This document shows positions 37,251 through 47,315 of a DNA stretch of 52,709 bases, one piece after another. The first letter of the stretch is position 1; every line of letters starts with the position of its first letter. Made by a program: the position numbers and the translations under genes. Location of the stretch: IMG/VR virus record IMGVR_UViG_3300047300_000727, positions 1-52,709 of that record. The stretch is one strand, 5' to 3'. Origin of the DNA: a virus (taxonomy: Duplodnaviria; Caudoviricetes). Below the pieces are notes generated by a model. It had not been told where the DNA came from, made no database searches, and worked only from the letters and a program-made list of their open reading frames with translations.

Positions 37251-39619
37251 TGCCTATACCTCAGTGGCGCATCACATTTGACGTTGAAAACCGCATGACA
37301 CAACGTCCTGGATTTGCTCAATCGCCATTTGGTACAAATATAACCCAGTGGTTTAAGCTTCCTGCGGACGAGGAAACTTATCAGGAGCCATTGACTGGCA
37401 TCATTATGCTAAAGCCTTCGTACTTGCGAGCAGACTTTACATCGTCATCTTTCTGGTATGACGCTGCAACATGGACAAAAGATGCTTCATATTGGGAATC
37501 GATGTGGCATGGTGATTACAACGATGCCGCCTACAACGGTAAATTTGTAGCGAGTCAAACGGCAACTATTGGTAGTAAACAACTTCCTGGATTAAGTGGC
37601 GCAGTGCATACACCAATGTATGTAAGTACCTCTGGCTACCCATTGGATGTAATCCGCATTGGAGCACAAACTGCCGCTGGTGGCGATACATATAAAGACG
37701 AAGGGTTTGCCATCAACTGGAAAATTGCATCCAGAGAAGTGATGACAAATAAATATCGGAACTGCTTATACGTTGCTATAGAAAAACTTGGTGTGCACAT
37801 TGACTTCACCGGTAAGTGTTCAGTGTATTGGTATGACGATCCGGTGAGTGGTGTATATACAACAGCTACACTTGTTGACACGTTTGATATTGGCGCCATA
37901 ACTGAGATGACTGGTAAGTGGCAAACACTTACAATTCTTCCGATACCACAATTAGGCGTACTCATTACAAATCACACGACAAAATCAGTAAAGCAAACAA
38001 GTACAAAATCATCGGCTGATTCAAAGTCAATTGCTGGTAAATTGGTTTCCGTCCCGCTTCGCACAGCGTCTGGTGTTCCTTATGTAGTTGATGCTGGCAA
38101 GATGGAATTAGGTTTTAATCCGGATTTCTCGAACCTAACGTATCACTATGCAGTCCATCGCATTCGATACAAGACCACCGCTGAGGATGCAGGCGTAAAG
38201 CGTTTCGTGACACAGGTTTATGACCCAGGGTTTATTCCTGCAACAGCGCCAGCAAGTCACACCGTAGGGACATACTACACGCCCGCTAGCACCTCTTCGT
38301 CTGTTGCTTTAGTTGATAAAGATGGCGGAACTTATGATATTGGTACAGATAGATTTTTTCGACACAATATAACGCTTGCCACTACAAATGCGGTGTACAC
38401 ACCGATGGTGTATGGAGTTTACGTTCGCTGGGACGCATTAAGGGTAACGCGATCAACTACACCTGTACTTATTGACCGTTACAGCCATCTGGAATTCTTT
38501 GACGATGACCTCGCATATGGTGGTGGGCGATTAAAAGCAACACACGTGACGCAAGCTGAGATAACTATAGTTGAGCGTGGAGATACGACGTACAAGCTGG
38601 AAAGGTGCGATGACCCAACAGCTGGTACCCCAACTTGGGTGGTGCAACAAACCGGATGGGCACGTCTTAGTGGTTGTGATGTTTTTCTTGACAATGCTGG
38701 CACCAACTCATTTGCCTATAGGTATGAAGCTGACTGGGAGTTGACTAGTGAAATTGGCCGTTTTAACGAAATCAACCAATACCTGCACACTGCGTTTGAT
38801 GGAAACAACGTTGCTACTGCTATAAACAATGTACTAAACGCCGCTGGCTATGAAATTATTCCGACTATAGATCTTCCCGCAGATGCGATCAATACAACTG
38901 TGCCAGTTCCTCCTCGAGGGCAATCCTGGAGGCATGGCACAAAGACAGGTGATCGCGGAGACAAAATTATTCGCCAGTTACTGATGTTACTCCGTAAACA
39001 ATTTGTGGAATATCGATTACGTTGGGACACAATCAATTACAAATGGGTGCTTGAGCAAAAACCCGCTTACAACGCAGCAACAATCTGGAAGTTCGTGCCA
39101 AACCCAGCGGATCACAACGTAGCGTCTAACAAGATATGTGTTGGTGAATCTCCAAAGGTTTACTCGCTCAATGTGCAACCACCGGAAACAAACTACATTA
39201 ATGGTGTCGGTACGACGACTGCACAGAACGACGCAGCTCGCGTACCTGCTGCACATCCATTGATTAACCGAGCAAGTATATTTGATGCAAACTCCGTTGA
39301 CTACCTTGGGCGCATCGTCACTTCAATGCCAATCTTTGTTCCGTACGTAAATCCGGACGACATTCTAAAGATGACACGTCGCGTGTATGATGCAGCTGCA
39401 CAACGTCGGTTCCAACTTAAGGTATGTTCGTTCTACTATGTTGATGGCTTTCAGCCTGGCGCACGTTGTCGCATGATGATGGTCAACGGAACAGATACGG
39501 ACTACGATGACCTGTACATGAAGCGACGTACTGTTGTTATCAGTAGAGATAGCGGTGGTATCGTTGCACCAAAGGTAGAGTACTCTTGCGAATCAAACTA
39601 TATGAGCACGGTGTTTTAA
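37250..39619 (+). CDS. Tail tip/hub-type structural protein (phage B)
   Basis: 789 aa after the tape measure; positional counterpart of 4883..7129. Confidence 0.6.
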   Translation: MPIPQWRITFDVENRMTQRPGFAQSPFGTNITQWFKLPADEETYQEPLTGIIMLKPSYLRADFTSSSFWYDAATWTKDASYWESMWHGDYNDAAYNGKFVASQTATIGSKQLPGLSGAVHTPMYVSTSGYPLDVIRIGAQTAAGGDTYKDEGFAINWKIASREVMTNKYRNCLYVAIEKLGVHIDFTGKCSVYWYDDPVSGVYTTATLVDTFDIGAITEMTGKWQTLTILPIPQLGVLITNHTTKSVKQTSTKSSADSKSIAGKLVSVPLRTASGVPYVVDAGKMELGFNPDFSNLTYHYAVHRIRYKTTAEDAGVKRFVTQVYDPGFIPATAPASHTVGTYYTPASTSSSVALVDKDGGTYDIGTDRFFRHNITLATTNAVYTPMVYGVYVRWDALRVTRSTTPVLIDRYSHLEFFDDDLAYGGGRLKATHVTQAEITIVERGDTTYKLERCDDPTAGTPTWVVQQTGWARLSGCDVFLDNAGTNSFAYRYEADWELTSEIGRFNEINQYLHTAFDGNNVATAINNVLNAAGYEIIPTIDLPADAINTTVPVPPRGQSWRHGTKTGDRGDKIIRQLLMLLRKQFVEYRLRWDTINYKWVLEQKPAYNAATIWKFVPNPADHNVASNKICVGESPKVYSLNVQPPETNYINGVGTTTAQNDAARVPAAHPLINRASIFDANSVDYLGRIVTSMPIFVPYVNPDDILKMTRRVYDAAAQRRFQLKVCSFYYVDGFQPGARCRMMMVNGTDTDYDDLYMKRRTVVISRDSGGIVAPKVEYSCESNYMSTVF

Positions 39620-39620
39620 G

Positions 39621-39869
39621 ATGAATATCAGAGCACAGATAGAGATGCAGCAAGCAGCTGCGATGCGTCAATCATTTCTGACTGGTCAAGTAAACGGAAC
39701 AATCGGATTTAATTCCGAGCGTGAGTTAAACGCCAACGTATCCACATTCCATGAGCTTCCTGTTTATGTGGATCCAACATGGAACTATGTACAGCAAGAC
39801 GCCAACGGTAACTTTTATATTTTGTCAGGTTATTCAATGACGGGTGGCCCGGACGTACCTAGACCATAA
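39621..39869 (+). CDS. Hypothetical virion protein
   Basis: Coupled between two tail genes. Confidence 0.55.
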   Translation: MNIRAQIEMQQAAAMRQSFLTGQVNGTIGFNSERELNANVSTFHELPVYVDPTWNYVQQDANGNFYILSGYSMTGGPDVPRP

Positions 39870-42817
39870 TGCCTTACCTTGACGGCACACGAACTGCCAC
39901 GCTTACGATGGATCACACGCAAGGCGTGACCGTAAGGCTTTGGAACCCATACACTGTTGTACCGCCCGACGTTGATTGGCAGAGCATGGCAACCGACTTT
40001 ACATTCTCTGGTCATCTTGGCTTTTCGGCATCGCTTGCAATCCAAACGAGCGTCACTGGTACGGCTCCAGGTTCTCCGTGGTCTTGGCAGGTCAAGGCAC
40101 ACATCACCGTAAACAACGGACACGGTAGTACTAATACTGGTGATATCGTTCTTGCTTCAGGAACCGAGACAGGCACGACGCTTTACAAGGATGTCAGCAC
40201 CACCTGTGCTGGTAGTTTCTCGGCATCGGTTGGCGTGGATAAGCTTTGGGATATTGCAGAGGATTCGTTTTCGTCAACCAGCGCACCAACACGTTTCCCC
40301 AGCCTAACGGGCTACACATGGTACGAAAAGACGACATCGGGCAGCACAGCGGCTTGTAGCCTATCCGCTGGCGGTGGTTCGGTTAGCGTCTCAGCTGCGG
40401 CAACATCCAGAGTGACAGCCAACTACATCGCAACGCTTGGAGCATCAGGATATAGCGTTGGCCCTGCGACTCATGGGTTTGCTGTGTCAAATGTCAAGGT
40501 CAACGGCACGGCTGTACATGACATAACGCACAGCCATATATGGCACGGACAATCTGCTACTGAATGGTCGTACAGCCTTACAGGTGATGTTGATGCTTTT
40601 GGCATATACCAAGGAGCATCCGGAACAATCAGCACATCATCCTGTTTAGATCGTAACGTGGTTATTGCTGGCAGAATCCGAGCATGGGAGGGAGCGTATC
40701 CCGATGCTCTCAATGTCATCGTTACAGGCTACGATGGTGGAACACGCACGGTTGGTTCATCTGGAGGCAGTTATAGTGCTTCCGACACATTTGTCAACTA
40801 CTTGACAAGCACGGTACTTACCGACCCAACGTATGGAAGCGACACGCTCACGACATCAGCCAATGATGTACCTACATGGATATCTGCCGAACTGTCAGGA
40901 AGCGGACTAACAACCAACGGAGACTCAAGCACGGACAACCGTGTTATGTTTCGTGGATGGCGCTTTACAGGATGGTCGGTAGCAGAAACCAATAACCGTT
41001 CCATTTCTGGTACAGGTAACGACCGCACGTACTCACCGTTTGAAGGCATGTCCGGGTATCGCTACTTAGATGTACAAGTAAAAGCACAAAGCGGTACAAG
41101 CGTTGCTGGGACGATTGAATTAACCGATTATCACGGCAATACAAAGTCGTGGAACGTTACGGCAGCCACAACAAGTTATGCAACAATCACGCTAGACTTA
41201 TGCTCTCCTGATTCGCACTCACTAGCGTCAATGCCGGATAAAGATGCAAAGGATAATCCGTATCCACGAAAGAACACTTCTAGCAGTTCCTATGCTGGCT
41301 CAGAGAGCGTCGATAGTGCCTACTGGGGTGTTACTTCGTGCCAAAGATTACGGGTGTCTTCTGGCGCAATAGACATTGGCACAACTACGCTTAAGTATAC
41401 AAACACAGATAGCACTTATGTCCCAGATACGCCTACAGCGGCATTTGAACGCATTACACCTGCTATTGTTGCCGAAGCTGGAACGACTACTTATTACTAT
41501 GGACGTAGATTTTGGCAGCAGGATCGCGATGGCCGGAACGAGGAAGAAAGCGACGTACATTGGCAGATGACGGTAGGCGGCTCAACAGGCGTTACTACTT
41601 ATTCTGTTAGCATGCTTACCATTGCAGGACTCGCATCACAGGTCAATGCAAGTGATAACAGCATCGTACGGCATCCGGGATGGGTTATGACTCGGTCTGT
41701 TATTCAACCTGGCGGAGGTACATGTTCAGTGAGTCAGCCACCATTACGCGACTGTTATCTAAACGGCGATACAGGACTTGCTACATGGTTGTATGGTGGC
41801 GGGACGTTACTCACTCCAAATGCAACATCCGGCACTGACTTCGCATACGGCCATCAGATAACTTCCGGCACAATCACGGCACAGACAGTCTTTGACCGCA
41901 TTAATGGAAATTTCCCACCAGACTTGTACGACCCATTTGATATCAATGGAGGCACAGATAGTGCTTTGTATCTCGGTGGTGTCTCGTTGCTACGTGGTAT
42001 CGCTCACGGTGGGTTACTAGATACAGCAGGTGACATTGTCACGACAGGCACTGTTGACCTTATTCGTACGAGCGATAGCAGTAACCGTGGATCGGATTCC
42101 ACAATAGATGCGCAAGGCAGATACTACACGAGTACGCCTTGGGGACTTGGTGAAGTAAATCACCATGTTGACTACATAACAAAGAGTCAGAACATTAACC
42201 CTGTACACACTAGTCATAGACATCGCGTGTGGTTCCGAGATGTATTACAGGAAATCTATTCAGCTATCGAAGCATACAAGAATAAAGGATTCTTGATGCT
42301 CGGTAAAGCTACAAAGATAAACGTACGCTGGCAGGATAACCCATTGACTGACCGTATCCCCGGTACGGTGATAACTAGCGACAATATTGTAAAGCTCAGA
42401 GACTCTGAGAATGTCGGAGACTACATCTTTATCCTGATAAAGGGAAGTACAAGTTACACTTTAAGTTACACAACAGATAATGGCGCCACGAAGGGAGACT
42501 ACCTGACAGTGACAGCAGGAACAGCAGGATTTGAAGCAGACACAAATCGTGGATTGCTTATTATTATCTACGATGATGGTACTACGGCATCACCAGGAAA
42601 CATAAAGTACAGAGTAAGTAAAGATCAAGGCGTGACTTGGTCTACAGCAGCTAACTGCACAATAAACAGTGTTACGCCACAGGTAGGTAAGGTACTTGAT
42701 ACCAGCTACGACCCACACCTTGGAGGAATGCTTTACGCTATCTTTGACATTGGTGGAACAAAGAAGGTTTGTAGGTCTACTGACTTAGGAGCAACGTGGG
42801 AAGTTGTCCTAACATAA
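39869..42817 (+). CDS. Large tail/baseplate protein with C-terminal BNR/Asp-box repeats (phage B)
   Basis: Homolog of 7129..10056; TTDNGAT, SKDQGVTW and STDLGATW. Confidence 0.72.
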   Translation: MPYLDGTRTATLTMDHTQGVTVRLWNPYTVVPPDVDWQSMATDFTFSGHLGFSASLAIQTSVTGTAPGSPWSWQVKAHITVNNGHGSTNTGDIVLASGTETGTTLYKDVSTTCAGSFSASVGVDKLWDIAEDSFSSTSAPTRFPSLTGYTWYEKTTSGSTAACSLSAGGGSVSVSAAATSRVTANYIATLGASGYSVGPATHGFAVSNVKVNGTAVHDITHSHIWHGQSATEWSYSLTGDVDAFGIYQGASGTISTSSCLDRNVVIAGRIRAWEGAYPDALNVIVTGYDGGTRTVGSSGGSYSASDTFVNYLTSTVLTDPTYGSDTLTTSANDVPTWISAELSGSGLTTNGDSSTDNRVMFRGWRFTGWSVAETNNRSISGTGNDRTYSPFEGMSGYRYLDVQVKAQSGTSVAGTIELTDYHGNTKSWNVTAATTSYATITLDLCSPDSHSLASMPDKDAKDNPYPRKNTSSSSYAGSESVDSAYWGVTSCQRLRVSSGAIDIGTTTLKYTNTDSTYVPDTPTAAFERITPAIVAEAGTTTYYYGRRFWQQDRDGRNEEESDVHWQMTVGGSTGVTTYSVSMLTIAGLASQVNASDNSIVRHPGWVMTRSVIQPGGGTCSVSQPPLRDCYLNGDTGLATWLYGGGTLLTPNATSGTDFAYGHQITSGTITAQTVFDRINGNFPPDLYDPFDINGGTDSALYLGGVSLLRGIAHGGLLDTAGDIVTTGTVDLIRTSDSSNRGSDSTIDAQGRYYTSTPWGLGEVNHHVDYITKSQNINPVHTSHRHRVWFRDVLQEIYSAIEAYKNKGFLMLGKATKINVRWQDNPLTDRIPGTVITSDNIVKLRDSENVGDYIFILIKGSTSYTLSYTTDNGATKGDYLTVTAGTAGFEADTNRGLLIIIYDDGTTASPGNIKYRVSKDQGVTWSTAANCTINSVTPQVGKVLDTSYDPHLGGMLYAIFDIGGTKKVCRSTDLGATWEVVLT

Positions 42818-42880
42818 AGAAGCCCGCCTGGGGGAACAAGCGGGCCTCGCTACTTAATGGGGAAATTATGAAACGGTAGC
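42811..42880 (-). ncRNA. Candidate anti-RBS small RNA (phage B)
   Basis: Minus-strand promoter just upstream. Hairpin GCUAC-[CGUUUCAUAAUUUCCCCAUUAA]-GUAGC, then a terminator with loop GUUCCCCC and UUUAUGUU. Confidence 0.6.
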
Positions 42881-42886
42881 AATCAG

Positions 42887-42915
42887 AGTATACACAGAAA
42901 GCCATGAATACCCAA
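42887..42915 (-). promoter_or_regulatory. Sigma70-like promoter for the candidate sRNA
   Basis: Minus strand TTGGGT(42915-10)-17-TATACT(42892-87). Confidence 0.55.
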
Positions 42916-43143
42916 GAGACTGCAACCCAAAAAGTTTTAACCCGGCAACAAAAACGGGTATGGGCTGCCGTCACTCAGCTTGGTTTTGCTGGCGCCGCCA
43001 AAGTACTTCATAAGAGTGAGCGTACTCTTGAATGGCATATGTACCGAATATCCAAGGCATTGGGAACCAATAATAGGCACGAACAAGCCAAGATTTTGGG
43101 AATACGCATCAGAATAGAACGCATAAATGTTGACGGAGCGTGA
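42904..43143 (+). CDS. LuxR/sigma4-like HTH protein
   Basis: LTRQQKRV...AAKVLHKSERTLEWHMYRISKALG. Confidence 0.7.
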   Translation: MNTQETATQKVLTRQQKRVWAAVTQLGFAGAAKVLHKSERTLEWHMYRISKALGTNNRHEQAKILGIRIRIERINVDGA

Positions 43144-43159
43144 ACTCGTGTGACATAAT
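43130..43159 (+). promoter_or_regulatory. Sigma70-like promoter
   Basis: TTGACG-18-CATAAT with TGn extension. Confidence 0.6.
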
Positions 43160-43179
43160 GCCTTCATATGGAGGTAGTT

Positions 43180-43839
43180 ATGACGCGAACAAGCGATCAG
43201 TTAGACCAAATCGCACCCGCTCTTGTCGGCATACACAATGAGTTACGGGCGATTGTAAAGGATTCAAAGAATCCTGCATTCAAATCGAAGTACGCATCCT
43301 TGGATGCAATCTTGGACACTGTACGTCCTATCCTTGTCAAGCACGGATGTTTCATCACGCAGACTGTTACTGAGGGTTCTACTCATAACGTCACAATGCG
43401 TCGCAAGTCAAACAATGAGCAGACAGACCAAACGGTAGAGACGTTTCAAGAGACTTCCGTATTTACAATTACAGCGTTGTCACGTTGTATACATTTATCC
43501 GGTCAGTGGATAGAATCCTACAGTATTGTGCCTGTCGCTAAGTTCGACGCACACGGTCTTGGAGCTGCACAAACATATGCACGGCGATTCTCGCTTGCAT
43601 CATTGCTCGCTCTCGCAACCGATGAAGATGACGACGGCAACGCAGCGACACATGCTGTTATCCCGGCACAAAAACAACTTGGCATTGGCGATCAGTTCTG
43701 GCTGGCAGTAAATCAACGCTATGGCACAGACTTAACGCCTGACCGTAAGAAGGAAATCTATATGGAATTTTCCGGTACGGATAAGCCATCACCGGAAGGC
43801 TATACGTTGGCACTAAGAAAGTTACAGGAAAAGAAATGA
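43180..43839 (+). CDS. erf: ERF-family recombinase (phage B)
   Basis: KDSKNPAFKSKYASLD and GAAQTYARRFSL...DEDDDGN; GGAGG RBS. Confidence 0.9.
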   Translation: MTRTSDQLDQIAPALVGIHNELRAIVKDSKNPAFKSKYASLDAILDTVRPILVKHGCFITQTVTEGSTHNVTMRRKSNNEQTDQTVETFQETSVFTITALSRCIHLSGQWIESYSIVPVAKFDAHGLGAAQTYARRFSLASLLALATDEDDDGNAATHAVIPAQKQLGIGDQFWLAVNQRYGTDLTPDRKKEIYMEFSGTDKPSPEGYTLALRKLQEKK

Positions 43840-44132
43840 GTTACATACTCGTAAGCATCTTTTGTTCACTGCTTGGTTTTATTGTTGGTGGGTTTGCATT
43901 GCTTCCCAAGCGTGTACAGGACGACACCATTGTTCAGTACACCAATCAGCGTGGGGAGCGCGTGTTCGCAAAGACGGTTGGGCATCAGTACGAAGGCACA
44001 GATTATATTGTCGTGCAACGATGCGACTTGATGGGTGAGCCAGTGGGCATAGTGTTCGTGCTTGATGCAGACAGAGTTAGCTGGAAGGATGACAAGGGGG
44101 ATAAATGGACGAGCAAAGTCTTCAACAAGTAG
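43836..44132 (+). CDS. Hypothetical protein with an N-terminal TM helix
   Basis: Hydrophobic N-terminus; coupled ORF. Confidence 0.55.
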   Translation: MSYILVSIFCSLLGFIVGGFALLPKRVQDDTIVQYTNQRGERVFAKTVGHQYEGTDYIVVQRCDLMGEPVGIVFVLDADRVSWKDDKGDKWTSKVFNK

Positions 44133-44653
44133 AGCGAAGCGGGGATTGGCTTGTGGATGCAGAAACCGGAGAAATCATCGGCCTTGCTGAGGATAGTAAT
44201 AAGTACATCAAGCGTGTAGACACTATTCACGACCTTGAGGTGTATATGTCTAACCTTATGGAAATGGAATCTGATTTGGCTGCACGTAAATTGGCACTTG
44301 CTGCCATCGTTGAGAATGCCAACAAGATCATCAATAATTTGTCTGCGCGTGTTGAGTGGTACAAACTCAAACACAGCGACGAAGTACGCATGGTAGCGGA
44401 AGGGAATCTTCCACGTGGTAGTAAGACCTATCGTTGTGTTTACGGGACAGTCAGCTTCCGCAAGAAGAATCCGCGTATTGTAGTCAAGGACGATGAGAAA
44501 GCCATCGCCTGGGCAGAAGCCAATGCCCCTGAAGCAGTAGTGACGACAAAGAAGGTTCTTGTCTCTAAGGTAAGTATTGAAAACCTACCAGAAGACACAG
44601 ATGCGTTTGAAGTCATACCTGCGGAAGAAAGCATGTCAATCAAAACGCTATGA
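44105..44653 (+). CDS. Mu Gam-like / siphovirus Gp157-like DNA-end protection protein
   Basis: VDAETGEI, coiled coil, SKTY...YGTVSFRKK...D.EKAIAWA. Confidence 0.65.
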   Translation: MDEQSLQQVERSGDWLVDAETGEIIGLAEDSNKYIKRVDTIHDLEVYMSNLMEMESDLAARKLALAAIVENANKIINNLSARVEWYKLKHSDEVRMVAEGNLPRGSKTYRCVYGTVSFRKKNPRIVVKDDEKAIAWAEANAPEAVVTTKKVLVSKVSIENLPEDTDAFEVIPAEESMSIKTL

Positions 44654-44922
44654 CATTACGGGATGTTGACGCGTGTATAGCGGAGGAGTTCCCAACGAGT
44701 GCCAAGTTTGCTCGTTGGGTTCGCCCGGTTTACTGTGACGGACTGACGCTGACAAACATCACGACAAAGAATGAGCCTGACTATATTCGTATCATTCAGA
44801 TTTCATGGAAGGGTGATGTAGTCGGCGCAATCAGCTTTGACTATGACCTACGGAAGTGGTCAGAGGGACGAAGGTTTATTGCCTTCAGGATTTGGAAGGA
44901 GATAGAAAAGTTTAATGCCTGA
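44650..44922 (+). CDS. Hypothetical protein
   Basis: Coupled ORF. Confidence 0.55.
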   Translation: MTLRDVDACIAEEFPTSAKFARWVRPVYCDGLTLTNITTKNEPDYIRIIQISWKGDVVGAISFDYDLRKWSEGRRFIAFRIWKEIEKFNA

Positions 44923-45274
44923 ATACGCTTTTCATGCTCGCAAGGCCGTTAAGGTAGGAAGTCGCGTTACTGTCGGCTACCGTCCTTTCATGTTGCGCTT
45001 TGCGAAGGATGAGATGGACTTTATACAAGCCGCCGCAGAACGTCGAGGGTTGACGATATCTGCACTAGCACGGGAGGCAGCACAGCTTCTTATCAGCGGA
45101 GCATTGCAACCAGTGCTAAAGCGAGCGGTTTCACGTAGGGAAGAAAGACTACAGATCAATCTGGGGGAAACAGTACATAGTCATCTTCAACAGTTCTGTG
45201 ATAGCAAGAAACCAAGATGGTTACTAACAACGGTACTGCGATCAGCAATGCTCGACATTGCGAGAATGCGATAG
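44915..45274 (+). CDS. Ribbon-helix-helix-like DNA-binding protein (possibly two units)
   Basis: FMLRF...IQAAAERRGLTISALAREA. Confidence 0.55.
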   Translation: MPEYAFHARKAVKVGSRVTVGYRPFMLRFAKDEMDFIQAAAERRGLTISALAREAAQLLISGALQPVLKRAVSRREERLQINLGETVHSHLQQFCDSKKPRWLLTTVLRSAMLDIARMR

Positions 45275-45279
45275 AACAG

Positions 45280-45306
45280 GAACCCGGTTTTGTAGCCGGG
45301 TTCTTT
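45280..45306 (+). terminator. Terminator hairpin
   Basis: GAACCCGG-ttttgtag-CCGGGTTC-TTT. Confidence 0.65.
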
Positions 45307-45324
45307 GCATCACAAGGGGAAATT

Positions 45325-46146
45325 ATGTGGGTCAAATTAGACTGTAAGTTACCGATGAACAAGACTGTTCGTCGTCTTTCCAGCGATGCGTTTCGCTGGT
45401 ACATCTATGCACTCTGCTACTGCGGTGAGCATCTAACAGACGGGCGCCTGGACTCTATGGACGTAGAGACAATCACGGCCTGTATGCGCGTCACGGAGGC
45501 TGCATTTACCGAATGTCTGCAAGCTGGACTCCTGCGCGAAACAGACGCTTGGCAGTATGAATTTGTAGGTTTTACGGACACGCAAACATCACGCGAATAC
45601 GTGGAAAAACGACGCGCTGATGATCGTGCCAGAAAGACCAGGGTAGTTGCTAAACGCAATCATTCCGCAGCGGAATCCACACCGGAATCCACACCGGAGT
45701 CCTCAGCAGATTCCACGCGTATAGAATTAAGAATTAAGAATAAAGAAATAGATAAAGATAAAGATATATGTATAAGAGAAGTAATTACTAATTCATCGCT
45801 TGCTGACGCAAACGAGCCATTGACTGCCAAAGCTTGCGTAGCTATGTACGTGGATGCATGGACACTAAAGTACGGGAATACGCCTACGGCTTCGCTAGCG
45901 CCGCTAGGAGCACACTTTAAGCGCGTTATTGGGAAAACACCCGACGAGACTATAAAGTCGTCTATTTCGGCGTTTTTTACGCTATCGGATACATGGGTTT
46001 TACAGAACGCTCATAAGCCAACGATCCTGATATCTCAATGGGATTCCCTGGTCACTGGTAGTGCACTAATCAAGACTGCAAAACGCACCGCCAGTGTTGA
46101 TGTTGCGGATAGATTTCGTGATTCGATTTTGGAGCAGATTCAATGA
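45325..46146 (+). CDS. Replication initiator (lambda O / replisome-organiser-like) with an internal origin
   Basis: MWVKLD start after GGGGAAATT; central ESTP repeats and KNKEIDKDKD linker. Confidence 0.65.
   Translation: MWVKLDCKLPMNKTVRRLSSDAFRWYIYALCYCGEHLTDGRLDSMDVETITACMRVTEAAFTECLQAGLLRETDAWQYEFVGFTDTQTSREYVEKRRADDRARKTRVVAKRNHSAAESTPESTPESSADSTRIELRIKNKEIDKDKDICIREVITNSSLADANEPLTAKACVAMYVDAWTLKYGNTPTASLAPLGAHFKRVIGKTPDETIKSSISAFFTLSDTWVLQNAHKPTILISQWDSLVTGSALIKTAKRTASVDVADRFRDSILEQIQ
45671..45792. repeat. Iteron-like 12-bp repeats plus an A/T-rich tract (putative origin of phage B)
   Basis: CGGAATCCACAC x2 plus degenerate copies, then ATAGAATTAAGAATTAAGAATAAAGAAATAGATAAAG. Confidence 0.6.
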
Positions 46147-46550
46147 ACCAAGTAGCAACGCGGAGTGGTGTGGACGCCGAGGCAATAAGGCACGTTGTAG
46201 ACCGCATAGTGCCGATTCTGGCGCGTTATCAGGGCGTCACGATAGATGAGACGGACTGCAAGTTATACGCTCAGGCTTGCCGTTCTTTGGCACAGCCATA
46301 CAACCCTAAAGGCTTGAACGAGCTGGAGATGAAGATTCGCAGGGAGTGTAAGTTTCGACCTACACCAAAAGAAGTTGAAGATTGGGCAGACGAAATTGCG
46401 GGACGCCACATAGCTGCAAACGAAGCAGAGGCACGTCGTGTGTATCGTGCGCCTATTGCAATCGAAGCACATCCGGAAGAGACCGAAAGGGCACGTGAGC
46501 GATTCCGTCAGAAGTTCCGAGATTTGATTGAAGGGAAGAGGATGCCATGA
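46143..46550 (+). CDS. Putative helicase loader/inhibitor-like protein
   Basis: Follows the initiator; CKFRPTPKEV motif. Confidence 0.45.
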   Translation: MNQVATRSGVDAEAIRHVVDRIVPILARYQGVTIDETDCKLYAQACRSLAQPYNPKGLNELEMKIRRECKFRPTPKEVEDWADEIAGRHIAANEAEARRVYRAPIAIEAHPEETERARERFRQKFRDLIEGKRMP

Positions 46551-46894
46551 AGTGGAGAGGGCGCAGGCTTAAGTACGATCCGATAGCTGAGCATAGCGGC
46601 TACAAGCATGCTCCGCGAAGGCGTGTAAAGCTTTGCATTGAGAATGACTTGATGACATACCGTGATGCCGCCATATTCCTGCGGATGAATCCTACAACGA
46701 TACGTGTGTACAAGCATCGAGGAATCTTTACAGGGGAGAAGATGGGACGGATATTTCTACTGCATGGTGCGAGCATCCGTGCTTACATGGAAGCCAACGA
46801 TCCAGAGAATCTTAGATGGTGGCTAACACAGAAGACAGACATTCTTACCGGGCCAATATTAGATGAGATGAGACAACATGACAGTAGCGTGTAA
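46547..46894 (+). CDS. Excisionase-like HTH DNA-binding protein
   Basis: LMTYRDAAIFLRMNPTTIRVY...G...KMGR. Confidence 0.7.
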   Translation: MKWRGRRLKYDPIAEHSGYKHAPRRRVKLCIENDLMTYRDAAIFLRMNPTTIRVYKHRGIFTGEKMGRIFLLHGASIRAYMEANDPENLRWWLTQKTDILTGPILDEMRQHDSSV

Positions 46895-47315
46895 GAAGTG
46901 TGGGACAGAAGGCGTAGCGACACAAGGCGCTCACGGGACAACCCTGGTGAACTGCACAAAGTGTGGGATGCTAGGATTCGCAACTGTCATACCAAAGAAG
47001 AAAAGCAAGTACGGGAACAGTCGCGTGTATTCTGTTGAGCACGGACACTTTGACTCAAAGATGGAGTTTAAGCGATTCAACACACTGATGATTCTGGAGA
47101 AAGCTGGAAAGATACAGGATCTCAAGCGCCAGGTACGTTACCGCCTTGAGCATGAGGGAGTGTTCTTTGGTGTGTACATAGCTGACTTTGTGTACCAGCA
47201 AGACGGGCAGACCATTGTGGAAGATGTCAAGGGGCATAAGACGCAAGCGTACAAGACTAAAAAGAGATTGATGAAATCAATACATGGTATTGACATATTA
47301 GAAACGTCGGGCTAA
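46878..47315 (+). CDS. DUF1064 family (PD-(D/E)xK) endonuclease
   Basis: SKYGN...FDSKME...QVRY...YIADFVY...VEDVKG. Confidence 0.85.
   Translation: MTVACKKCGTEGVATQGAHGTTLVNCTKCGMLGFATVIPKKKSKYGNSRVYSVEHGHFDSKMEFKRFNTLMILEKAGKIQDLKRQVRYRLEHEGVFFGVYIADFVYQQDGQTIVEDVKGHKTQAYKTKKRLMKSIHGIDILETSG

Noticed and set aside
42868-42879. Minigene ATG-AAA-CGG-TAG behind a perfect RBS
   Set aside because: Only three codons. The minus-strand promoter, hairpins and terminator explain the sequence better, though a leader peptide is not strictly excluded.
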